From the IMG/VR virus record IMGVR_UViG_3300020577_008743, positions 1-64,000 of that record: a stretch of 64,000 bases of DNA, one strand, 5' to 3'. Below, piece by piece: positions 30,726 through 39,549 of the stretch. The first letter of the stretch is position 1. Each line of letters starts with the position of its first letter. This DNA is from a virus. Lineage: Duplodnaviria > Caudoviricetes. The translations under genes were made by a program, and so were the position numbers. The notes under the pieces are model-generated. The model was not told the DNA's origin. It saw only the letters and a list, made by a program, of their open reading frames with translations, and searched no databases.

Positions 30726-31219
30726 AGAATACAGGAAACACAATTATGAAGTTGGAATTTTTCGCAATCAGTCATGATGGTGGGGATGGGTCCAGGTCCG
30801 TAGTTTTTTACAATGGTGCGGAAGAAGCCCTTGAAGAACACAACAAGGAGGCTGAAACTTCTGAAAACCCCAAGTTTGAATTCGTCGATGACTACAAGGA
30901 TTGGATGCATGATGATCCTTACGAACGAGGGGAGTACGATAGCGTAAAAATGGAATTAGTCAAAGGTAAACTGACGAAACCGGTTTGGATGTCGTTCGGT
31001 TGATATGACGAACTACCGTAGAAAGCAGTTTAAAAAATACCAGGAAAGCCGAGAACAGTTCGAATTTCAACGTAAGAAAGCTCTCCTTGCTTGTTTTGGA
31101 TTGCTTTTGATCGGTATTTGGGCTCTCGCTCTGATAGTCGCATTTTGGCCTAAATAATCCCTTTTGTGGTATAAGTGATTTGGAAGGGACTTCCTTCTAA
31201 CTCACGAAAAGGGAAAATC

Positions 31220-31993
31220 ATGAGCAATACCAATCGCGTTTACTGGACGCCGGAAGAAGTGTTTGCGCTGGCAACAGCGTACTTTCTGGCCATCAACTTC
31301 GGCGATCCGGTGCCGAATCACATGCGCCTCAAGCTGTTCAACGAGGTGCAGGCAGAAGTGCTGGAACCGCACCGCCGTCGTCGGCTGAACGCCGTCACGG
31401 TCTGGGGCACGGAGATGGATGAAGCCATGGAAGCACTGGAAGCGGAGTTCGTCAGAATCACTCAAGTCGAGCTTCCGGAAGTTCAGCTGTCCGAACAGGA
31501 GATGAGAATCTCCACGGTCACCAACATGTTCGAGCACGCTGTGCGGGCCTTCACCGCTCCGGCCGACGAGCTCCTGCACAAGCTGGAAGTCCGCATTGCC
31601 GGCATCGAAGAGCTGCTGCTTCACGTCGCCGACCGCATGGACAACATCCAGGTCCGCGCAGCGGTGGAAGTCAAGACGGTGCCCTGGGTGGCAGACGCCA
31701 AGAAAGCAGAAGAGCTTCCTGCGTTGACGGTGGTGGGCTGTAGCGTCGACATCGCCAAACATCTCAAACAGGTCTATACCAACCTGGCTGAGTTGCGCTT
31801 CATTCAGGGGACCTCCCTCCGTGCGGTGCAGCGACTTTCCGATGGCAATAAGATCCTCGTCGGACGGCACAACTTCCACGCTGTCAAGGCCATCTTACAG
31901 CGCAGCAAGCTGCCCCACACCGTCGTGTCGGAGTCTGCTGTGTCGGCCTGGGATAGTGCCGTGCGGCAAGCATTGTTCGAACAGCCGGCGTAG
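31220..31993 (+). CDS. hypothetical protein
   Basis: own promoter motif, GC3-rich codons, hairpin terminator at 32011-32043. Confidence 0.7.
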   Translation: MSNTNRVYWTPEEVFALATAYFLAINFGDPVPNHMRLKLFNEVQAEVLEPHRRRRLNAVTVWGTEMDEAMEALEAEFVRITQVELPEVQLSEQEMRISTVTNMFEHAVRAFTAPADELLHKLEVRIAGIEELLLHVADRMDNIQVRAAVEVKTVPWVADAKKAEELPALTVVGCSVDIAKHLKQVYTNLAELRFIQGTSLRAVQRLSDGNKILVGRHNFHAVKAILQRSKLPHTVVSESAVSAWDSAVRQALFEQPA

Positions 31994-32045
31994 CAACAAG
32001 CAGTAGCAGTACCCGGAGGGAGATTAATGTCTCCCCCGGGTTTAT

Positions 32046-32131
32046 GGACAGGTGGCTGAGCGGTTAAAGGCGGCGGACTGTAAATCCGTTCCCTTCGGGG
32101 TACGTAGGTTCAAATCCTACCCTGTCCACCA
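32046..32131 (+). tRNA. tRNA-Tyr(GUA)
   Basis: type II cloverleaf. Confidence 0.93.
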
Positions 32132-32413
32132 CTTTCTTTTACGAACCACAGACCATGAACGAAAAACCACAACACGTTCCAACCCTGGAAGAAATCCAGT
32201 GGAGAAACATCAAGAAGGTGGTCAGGGCCATCGCTGATCTCTGTTTTGAGTCCAAAGATCATCCCCAGTACGGAACCTGTCACCTTGCTGTGGTGAATTC
32301 CCTGACAGCAAAGGACGGGCTTGGGCATATCGAATTGGAACCCCTAGTTGTTCCGACAGTTCCTGCAGTTGAACATCTCAAGCCAGCACGAAGAAAGCTG
32401 TAACAGTTGTAAC

Positions 32414-32489
32414 GGCACGTTGGTCGAGTGGTTTAGGCACTTGCCTGTCGAGCAAGAGTACAAGGGTTCGAACCCCTTACGTGTCGCCA
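32414..32489 (+). tRNA. tRNA-Asp(GUC)
   Basis: GTC, GCCA. Confidence 0.88.
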
Positions 32490-32494
32490 AGTTT

Positions 32495-32571
32495 GTCCGT
32501 ATCGTCTAACAGGAATAGGACATCACCCTTTCACGGTGAGTATTCGGGTTCGAGTCCCGATATGGACGCCA
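32495..32571 (+). tRNA. tRNA-Glu(UUC)
   Basis: TTC, GCCA. Confidence 0.9.
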
Positions 32572-32583
32572 AGGAAATAGAAA

Positions 32584-32958
32584 ATGATGGTAGTTTGGCA
32601 TTGGTGTGATAGAATACCTACCACCAAATCAAGGTGGATTTCTTATCCGCGAATTTTGTGTTCAATGTGTAGTCCAGCAAAACCCCTCATACAATTGGAA
32701 TTGCCAATAGGAACCGCTCCAGATAGTAAAAATGAAATGGATCAACCAGTAAAAATAACTCCGAAATTTAGCTTGTACAGAAAACGTGGTATAACAGAGA
32801 TGAGGCCCTACGTCCCTGGGGAAGATCTCACAGGAATCTCCGTTAATGGAGAAGATACTCCTGAGCCGGGTGGAATGATAGCCCGTAACAGTGACAACCA
32901 CAAGGATCAATGGTACGTTGCAAAGCGTACTTTCTCAAAAATTACGAAAGGTATTTAA
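32584..32958 (+). CDS. hypothetical phage protein (start uncertain; possible C-terminal frameshift)
   Basis: EMRPYVPGE..GGMIARN..DQWYVA. Confidence 0.55.
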   Translation: MMVVWHWCDRIPTTKSRWISYPRILCSMCSPAKPLIQLELPIGTAPDSKNEMDQPVKITPKFSLYRKRGITEMRPYVPGEDLTGISVNGEDTPEPGGMIARNSDNHKDQWYVAKRTFSKITKGI

Positions 32959-33315
32959 ATGACTGAACAAGAGCAACAAACCGCATCCAAAATCCGCAAC
33001 ACTGACCTAGCCATTGCATTTCTGATGGCCATTCTCATTGGTCTGTTGGCCTTCGGATACAACACAGCAACCGCTGGTGAAATTCATCGGTCTCAAAAGG
33101 CACGGCTTGACTTCGTGAAAGCCAACAAATGCCCCGCCACTGGCAAAAACAAACTGCCATGCAAAGGCTACGTGATTGACCACGTGAAACCCCTCTGTGC
33201 TGGCGGTGCTGACTCTCCGACCAACATGCAGTGGCAAACCGTTGCAGACGCCAAGAAAAAAGACATTGGCGAAAAACAACAGTGCGCAATTCTTCGCAAA
33301 CAGGTGAAAAAGTAA
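32959..33315 (+). CDS. HNH nuclease with N-terminal signal/TM segment
   Basis: CPATG..IDHVKPLCAGGAD..NMQWQT. Confidence 0.75.
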   Translation: MTEQEQQTASKIRNTDLAIAFLMAILIGLLAFGYNTATAGEIHRSQKARLDFVKANKCPATGKNKLPCKGYVIDHVKPLCAGGADSPTNMQWQTVADAKKKDIGEKQQCAILRKQVKK

Positions 33316-33321
33316 CAACAT

Positions 33322-33408
33322 CGGGGTGTAGGTCCGTAATCAGGTAGCGGTCTCGGCTTGGATCCGAGTGGGAAACCCTTGCAGGTTCAAATCCTGCCTC
33401 CCCGACCA
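33322..33408 (+). tRNA. tRNA-Pro(UGG), atypical (variable-arm hairpin)
   Basis: CGGGG start, TGG, ACCA. Confidence 0.8.
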
Positions 33409-33631
33409 TAACATGAAATCCGTCTACGTAGTTTACAGCAAGACGCAAGACGAATTAACGTTGAACAATAAAGCGTTTGAAGACTACTCTGATTCCTGGA
33501 AATACAGGCAAGAGTTAGACCAGATGTTTGGTCCAAACGCTTTTTTAGGACCAATGTTGATGAACGTCGTTCTGAAAATTGAAAATTGATGGTATAAAAA
33601 AGAGCAACTATCTTTATGAAAGAACAATAAC

Positions 33632-34969
33632 ATGGCAATGAATGAATCTCTGAAAAGAGCTTGGGTGTATGCTCTGAGAAGTGGTGAGTACAGACAAATC
33701 AAAGGCAGACTATCGTATGCCGGCGGCTACTGCGCTTTAGGCGTGCTTGAAAAGCTTGCCTCCAACCGGACGGGGCAACCGTTTACCTCCCAAATCGGAA
33801 CCCTGTCTCTCTCAACCGCCAAGCTTGCTGGAATCGGATGCAACCCCGTGGTAAAAATCCCATTGGGGATGAACCTCAAGGACGTCGTTCCTGGTCAATA
33901 CGTTACCATCAGCACGTTGAATGACAACGCTGGTGCCACATTTGAACAAATCGCTGGAATCATCGAAACACAACTGTAAGGAGTTAAAATGGCCACCAGA
34001 AAAACCATTCTCAAGCCTTATCTTTCGGAATTTGAATATCTCAAGGCCAAAGCCAGCCCGAAAGACATCTGTGATGCTCGTGGTGTCTCCCCATTCTCGG
34101 TGTCCATTTTTAGCGGGGCTGATTACTCCGCAAAGATTGGTGTGGTTTGGGCGAAAGGCAGTGAAGTAGCTATCTATAGTGCCGGGGGTGATCTGGTCTG
34201 GGGTACTTCCTCCAGGCGTACCATTTACCTAAAAGGGAAAGTTCCTTTATATTCTGGTATCTACAGCAGCAGAGATACCCTCACCAAGAGAGTGACCAAA
34301 GTTCCAGTCACTGACATCAGCTACGACGAAGTTACTCGCATTGAAAGATTCCCCTCCTTTCAGGCTTGGATCACTGGGCCGGTAGCAGCCTAATCATGGA
34401 AAAGACCTTAAAAATCAAGGACTTAACAGAGCAGGAAATAAACCTCTATATTGCAACGTTAGTCTTGAAATATCCCGAACAGGGTTACAAGGTCTTTATC
34501 AGTGAAAACACGGGGAAGTGTGTAGCACGAAAATCAACCGGAAACGCCCCGTGTGAATACGAGGAAAGAAGCTGTGACTTTGCGGCACTGTGGGATCCTC
34601 TAAAGGTCATATTTGCCGACGTTCCGCAGCTCATTCCTGAAAATCTGGTTGAAAGTTTGAGGTACGTTCTAACGCTGCGTTACGGGGAAACAATTGATAT
34701 CTCTTGATTTTGCAAACCTTGTCGAAAAAGTGGGAAACCCAGAAGTCAGCAGACCATGGAAAGACCACAGATTGAAGATTGATGCAGAATACGTAGGAAT
34801 CCCAAATATGGAACTTGCCGAACTCATGGCTTTCTGTTTGAAGCACATGAAAGAGATACAAGAAGGGCTGGAGCTACGAGACAAACTCCGTCCTACCAAT
34901 TGCGCACTGTTGGACAGGGCTACTCTTTTGTATAAGAAGTCAACCTCAGTTCCGCAAGCTGTGCTATAA
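33632..34969 (+). other. four hypothetical genes (33632-33979, 33989-34393, 34396-34707, 34694-34969)
   Basis: ORF track. Confidence 0.55.
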
Positions 34970-35022
34970 TCAAGTCTCAATAGGCCTTCGGGCCAACAAA
35001 GCAAAACTAAAAGGAAAACAAA

Positions 35023-35283
35023 ATGCAATTAAACACCGCACGTCGCCAACTGGCAAGAAAAGTAAGAAACTTCCGGGCCGAGCGTCAACTCACCCAAACC
35101 GAGCTGAGCAATCGCGCCAGCATCGGTGTCTCGCGCAGAACCCTTCAACGTCTTGAGAATTCTGACGTGGTGGCTTATAATCCCAAGCTTTCCACTCTGC
35201 TCAAGCTGGCTCATGGCTTGAACACTGACGTGTCTACTCTGATTGGGCAAATCTCCCGTCAGACTACTGCTGCAGAGCAGTAA
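35023..35283 (+). CDS. XRE/Cro-type HTH regulator
   Basis: LTQTELS..VSRRTLQRLE..NPKLSTLLKLA. Confidence 0.85.
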   Translation: MQLNTARRQLARKVRNFRAERQLTQTELSNRASIGVSRRTLQRLENSDVVAYNPKLSTLLKLAHGLNTDVSTLIGQISRQTTAAEQ

Positions 35284-35336
35284 TTTCGAATTGAACAATA
35301 CTCTGAAAATCCCCCCTATTCCTGGTATAAGACTGT

Positions 35337-35502
35337 GGAGGATTCTCAGGGTATCAATGGTTGTTGAGTTCAATTTGGAAAATTGTGGCCTAACAAGCCG
35401 GGATCTAACAAATCTAACTTAGTGACCAAGAGGAAGAGCTACTCTTTCTTGTTCCATCTGCACGAGGCAGAATCCAAGGCGGGTCGAGCCTGTGAATCCT
35501 CC
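35337..35502 (+). ncRNA. putative structured RNA A
   Basis: starts just after promoter motif 35323; GGAGGATTC.CAGG pairs with CCTG.GAATCCTCC. Confidence 0.55.
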
Positions 35503-35563
35503 CCTTCGGGCAAAAGTGTGGAAAATCAGCTTCCATAAAAATCAAATTGCTGGTATAAGACAG

Positions 35564-35780
35564 TGTGATAAAGTATTATCGCGACTTCCGAACCCCTACT
35601 AAAGGTAGGGTCTAGCGGTTCAAGTCCTCGGTGCAAATCCGTGGCAAGTCAAGCGATGAGAGCATGCAACGTGCTCACTTTTCTCCACCTGGGTGGCCCC
35701 AAACCAGAGCTGGAGACCAGGACTGATCAATAGATGTAGTAGTTCTTCCCAGATCACGTCATAAAACAGAGTTTATCACA
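35564..35780 (+). ncRNA. putative structured RNA B
   Basis: starts after promoter motif 35551; TGTGATAAA/TTTATCACA closing helix; several hairpins. Confidence 0.55.
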
Positions 35781-35805
35781 AACGGATTTGTAGTACGGTA
35801 GTAAT

Positions 35806-35985
35806 GGAATAAGTCATAAAGCTGCCTAGGCTTGAGGAGAGGAAACTTCTCCACTTTTCTTTCGTGTCCGGTGAACCGGCACGAGGACTTAAACGACCAC
35901 CTTTATATATATATAAAGTATATTAAAGGGCCCCCTGGAGCAGCTCAGCCAGGCGGGGCTGCAAAGTCGTTGAGTTATTCCACCA
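35806..35985 (+). ncRNA. putative structured RNA C ending in an acceptor-like stem plus ACCA
   Basis: GGAATAA/TTATTCC-A-CCA. Confidence 0.5.
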
Positions 35986-36353
35986 GTTTCAGTTTCAAAG
36001 TTTAAACCTGGTTAAAGTACCCTAATAAAACCAAAAAAGGGGTGAATGAAACGTTCACATTTTCTCTTCCACACAAGCACACTCAATAGAAAATCTCCTC
36101 GCAAAACCTGCTCGGAGTGGTGGTCTTGTGTGGACAATGGACTGACGGTCCGACAACCAATGCGCCTCCGGCAGCTATGCGTTGTTCGAAGACGTCGTCG
36201 ACACTACAACTGATGTCTGCTGGTTGCGTATCGGCAGGCGCGATACCCAGCGGGCCGCCGGACACAAGAAGCGTACTCTTCAGCTGCTCGAGCACCTCCG
36301 CCACGGCACTGGTAGAACGGCTCCTTCAGTCATAAGTCAGTCGAGTTTAACCA

Positions 36354-36430
36354 GGGACTATAGCTCAATTGGTCAGAGCGAAGAACTCATAATTCTGGGG
36401 TTACAGGTTCGAGCCCTGTTAGTCCCACCA
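36354..36430 (+). tRNA. tRNA(CAU): Ile2 or elongator Met
   Basis: cloverleaf, CAT, ACCA. Confidence 0.85.
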
Positions 36431-36481
36431 ATCCCCCGTAGTAGACCAGCAACAACACATAACCGCACCGAGAAAGACCGT

Positions 36482-36661
36482 ATGACAAAGTCGCTCTTCG
36501 TACTGAAAAACACTAAAACCGGGAAAACATCGGCGGAGACCTTCGCAAACAAGATGGACGCGAAGAATGAACGACGAGCGAGAAACGGAATCAGCAAGGA
36601 CGGCAAGGAAATCCTCACCTGGGTCGTGGCTTACGGCCCGGATCATCACAAGTCGGCTTAG
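36482..36661 (+). CDS. small hypothetical protein
   Basis: ATG at 36482 within ORF-track frame. Confidence 0.55.
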   Translation: MTKSLFVLKNTKTGKTSAETFANKMDAKNERRARNGISKDGKEILTWVVAYGPDHHKSA

Positions 36662-36696
36662 AAATAGGTCATCGTAACTGAATGAAAGGCTTCACC

Positions 36697-37500
36697 ATGG
36701 ACGCCCGGAAATCCGTAGCACTGCACACCCTCGTCGCTGTTCGCCCGACGTTGGAAACAACCCTGAAAACGATCTCAGCCGAAACGGACAACTCCTTCCG
36801 AAAACCCGAAAGCCTGACGGAATGGGAAAAGACCTTCACATCGACGGTCACCTGGCCGGAAGGCTCCGAGGCTCTGAAGGTCGCTCTGGAATCCCAACGT
36901 TCCGGTCACCGTGCGGCGGTCACTTCAACTCAGGATCGAATCGGTTACGAAGCCGCCGAACAGGTCAAGTACTGGGACTTGATGCACAACATCGAGCTGG
37001 GCAACCAGGTCGCGGTTGCTGACGTGGTCCTAAAAGACGGCACAGTCTTGATGACCCGCGTCCCCGCAACGCACTTGCGTCGACTGGATACGTGGCTCAC
37101 CACCTTCCGCAACCGCATCGCGAACTGTCCCACGGTCCCGTCAACTATCAACGTGGAACAGGCCTCCCGCAACGGCAGAATGGTCTACGCCGGACCGGTG
37201 AAAACCATCACCGTGTACGAGGAAACCAAAAGCTGGGTGAAGGTCGCCGAGGCCAATGTACACCAGAAGGAAGCCACCGTCCGCGAAGCCGTCACCAAGA
37301 CGCCAATCGGCATCGAGAAGGAGATCAACTACTACGGCATGCCCACTTCTTCGGAGAAGGCACAGCTGCTGACCCGTCTTGATGAGCTGATCGTGGCAGT
37401 CAAGGAGGCGATCACTGAATCAAACACGGTGACCATCGAACCCGTTTCGGTCTCCAAAACTCTCATGGCCTATGCCTTCACCGGCAAGGTCAATGCCTGA
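36697..37500 (+). CDS. conserved elongated coiled-coil/beta-hairpin protein (DUF7873-like by recall, unverified)
   Basis: ADVV..G.VL...VPAT.L..L....; K..L..R.D.L..AVK.A..E.N pattern. Confidence 0.65.
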   Translation: MDARKSVALHTLVAVRPTLETTLKTISAETDNSFRKPESLTEWEKTFTSTVTWPEGSEALKVALESQRSGHRAAVTSTQDRIGYEAAEQVKYWDLMHNIELGNQVAVADVVLKDGTVLMTRVPATHLRRLDTWLTTFRNRIANCPTVPSTINVEQASRNGRMVYAGPVKTITVYEETKSWVKVAEANVHQKEATVREAVTKTPIGIEKEINYYGMPTSSEKAQLLTRLDELIVAVKEAITESNTVTIEPVSVSKTLMAYAFTGKVNA

Positions 37501-37666
37501 AAAGGAATGAAGTCGTAAGTTTGGCTAACGCACATTGCGCAACTCACAGCTGACATTGGGTCTGATAACCCTGAGGGTTATCTTGCAAGGCCCACAAACG
37601 CACAACGCAAAACGCCAAACAAACGCACATAACTTCCTGGAGTAGAAAACCGCCGAAAACATCGCC

Positions 37667-37780
37667 TTGGAGTTTCAAACGAAATCGTGTCGGGGGTTCG
37701 AGCCCCTCCGCCGCTTCAAATTGCATACTAACGTGTGTAATTCGGAGCGGTGTAACTCAGTGGTAGAGTACGGTTTCCAA
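37667..37780 (+). ncRNA. circularly permuted tRNA-like domain within the 37500-37900 non-coding region
   Basis: T arm, then CGCCGCT, hairpin linker, AGCGGTG, D arm; closed by GAAATCGT/ACGGTTTC. Confidence 0.8.
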
Positions 37781-37949
37781 TACACCCAAAAAACCTCTAA
37801 TGAGCGTGGTCAAAAGCACAACCAGGTATACTAATAGCGTATATTGCTACCAATGATACCAGGTCCCTATGGGGTCGGATAATGCCCTGTGGGGACCGCT
37901 TAATGCAGATTTGGATTCAATAAGTCTCCATTAAGCGGTATAAGAATAT

Positions 37950-38515
37950 GAAGGTAAAGTAACTGCTGTACTAAAAAAAAGCAAAGTGGGTGTAACATCC
38001 ACACGTTTCTTTCAGTCCTAACAACTTGTGTCGTTCGCCTTTGGGCTCACTGGCCCCCTAACGGGTGCCCCACAAGTTGCCAGCTCTGATGAGCTGGGCC
38101 TCAGGATCCAACGACTGGGTCCCCGGGGACTGGATGTCTTCTTGCACACCCGGTGCATTTTGGATGCTGAGCAAGATGGGCAACGCAATTGCCCGCCGGC
38201 TCAGTGAGATCTGCAGACATCGTCACCTGGTGTTGTTCTGGATCCCGAAGGTCGAGTTTACCTACATTAGCAACAGAAGTAGAAACAAAATGAATTCAAG
38301 AATTGAGGCTCTGGGAACAACATTGCGCCGCCTGAATGTCGGAACAAGGTCTTCCCCCCTGTGAGTTCGGCATTCCGCAATTTGGCGTCCTCCCGCCGAG
38401 TTGCATACCAATGCCCAGAGCCTCAACCTTACAAACGAAGAGCGTAAGCTCATGAATACGCCATCAACGAAGCTGACCACTTCGTTTCAAGCCCGGTCGT
38501 TCTTCGTTTGTTTTA
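37950..38515 (+). ncRNA. putative large structured RNA
   Basis: follows CGGTATAAG at 37936; 13-bp and 14-bp helices plus nested hairpins; no convincing ORF. Confidence 0.55.
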
Positions 38516-38523
38516 GCCACAAT

Positions 38524-38661
38524 TAGGACCGCAGAATTACGATTATCTATAATAGCTGACATGCTGCAGGTTCGAGTCCTGCCTGGCCCACCATCTATGG
38601 GTCCAGTGGCGAAATGGTATACGCATCAGCCCTAAACCAGTCGTATTCATAATTTGTCCTA
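38524..38661 (+). ncRNA. Y RNA-like 1 (YrlA type, tRNA-like domain)
   Basis: TAGGAC-CG..TTTGTCCTA stem, TTATC, T arm-acceptor-D arm order. Confidence 0.85.
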
Positions 38662-38670
38662 TTCTTCAAC

Positions 38671-38729
38671 GGGGGCGAAGTAGAAACTTATGAAGTTCGC
38701 AGCTTCTATTTTTCGATACGCTTCCACCA
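38671..38729 (+). ncRNA. 59-nt alanine-acceptor minihelix-like RNA
   Basis: GGGGGCG/CGCTTCC-A-CCA with G3.U70. Confidence 0.6.
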
Positions 38730-38734
38730 ACAAA

Positions 38735-39061
38735 ATGTCTCACACAACCGAGTTGTACTTCGAGTCACATATCACTATTGAGCCCGTGTTCGATGAAAGA
38801 CTGGAACAGTTCAAGGGAATATGTGCTTCGGAGGGTTTCAAGGCAGCAGAGCTGCTGATGAAAAAACGTTCGGGTGATACCGCTGAACGTTCGCAGTACG
38901 ATACCTTTTGCACTAGTAGAGATCTTATTTATGATAAAATCCAGACTAGAACATTAACCTTGGTCGAAAAGTTGCAGTCTTCCGGGTTTGACGTCTGGAG
39001 ATATAAGATTGAGAATACCTTGTTGGATGTTAGACTTAAATTAGAGTCTAAAATCCAGTAG
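38735..39061 (+). CDS. hypothetical protein inside the Y RNA cluster
   Basis: YFESHITI..WRYKIE. Confidence 0.65.
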   Translation: MSHTTELYFESHITIEPVFDERLEQFKGICASEGFKAAELLMKKRSGDTAERSQYDTFCTSRDLIYDKIQTRTLTLVEKLQSSGFDVWRYKIENTLLDVRLKLESKIQ

Positions 39062-39162
39062 GGCAAAAGATTCGATTGTTGTTTATATTACTAAATATAT
39101 TGAGTCTGTAAAAGCTGTTTGCAGTAGAATCAAGAAACATTCGTAGTACTAGAAGCATCCTC

Positions 39163-39224
39163 AGGGCCGCAGGAAGATCGGTTATCCCCTACACTGATGA
39201 CTCCGATTTCCGTATTTTCGCCCT
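39163..39224 (+). ncRNA. Y RNA-like 2 (minimal)
   Basis: AGGGC-CG..TTCGCCCT, GGAAGATCGG/CCGATTTCC, TTATC. Confidence 0.75.
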
Positions 39225-39234
39225 TCCCCCAATT

Positions 39235-39295
39235 AGAGCCGATTTGAGCTGGGTTATCCTTCTAAGATACCTCCCCATCTCAGTTCCCTTGCTCT
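39235..39295 (+). ncRNA. Y RNA-like 3 (minimal)
   Basis: AGAGC-CG..TTGCTCT, TGAG.TGGG/CCCA.CTCA, TTATC. Confidence 0.75.
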
Positions 39296-39324
39296 CCCTC
39301 TTGTAGTTGTGGTACAATCAACTT

Positions 39325-39453
39325 TTGAGCCGCTGTTAAATTCCGTTATCTTCCTTAGAAATAGGAAGTTGCGGGTTCGAATCCCGTCGCCAGCTTATAT
39401 CTGGCGTAGTTTAATTGGTAAAACTAAAACCGGAACTACACTAATTCGCTCAA
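39325..39453 (+). ncRNA. Y RNA-like 4 (tRNA-like domain)
   Basis: TTGAGC-CG..TTCGCTCAA, TTATC, GGTTCGAATCC, CGCCAG/CTGGCG, TAGTTTAATTGGTAAAAC; TGTGGTACAAT just upstream. Confidence 0.85.
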
Positions 39454-39460
39454 CCCCATT

Positions 39461-39530
39461 TAGGGCCGTCAGGTTATGTCGGTTATCTCACTTTTAGCGA
39501 AAACCCCGATTAACCATAAATTTTGCCCTA
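39461..39530 (+). ncRNA. Y RNA-like 5 (minimal)
   Basis: TAGGGC-CG..TTTGCCCTA, GGTTA..TCGG/CCGA.TAACC, TTATC. Confidence 0.75.
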
Positions 39531-39549
39531 CTGATTTAAATTTCAATTT

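Noticed and set aside
37667-37900. Two-piece (permuted) tmRNA
   Set aside because: No G3.U70, a full D stem is present, no CCA, and no recognisable tag reading frame
38080-38100. Hammerhead ribozyme (CTGATGA)
   Set aside because: The motif is the loop of a CCAGCTC/GAGCTGG hairpin, with no properly placed GAAA or stems
38065-38364. 99-aa ORF
   Set aside because: No RBS and it overlies long RNA helices; ncRNA preferred
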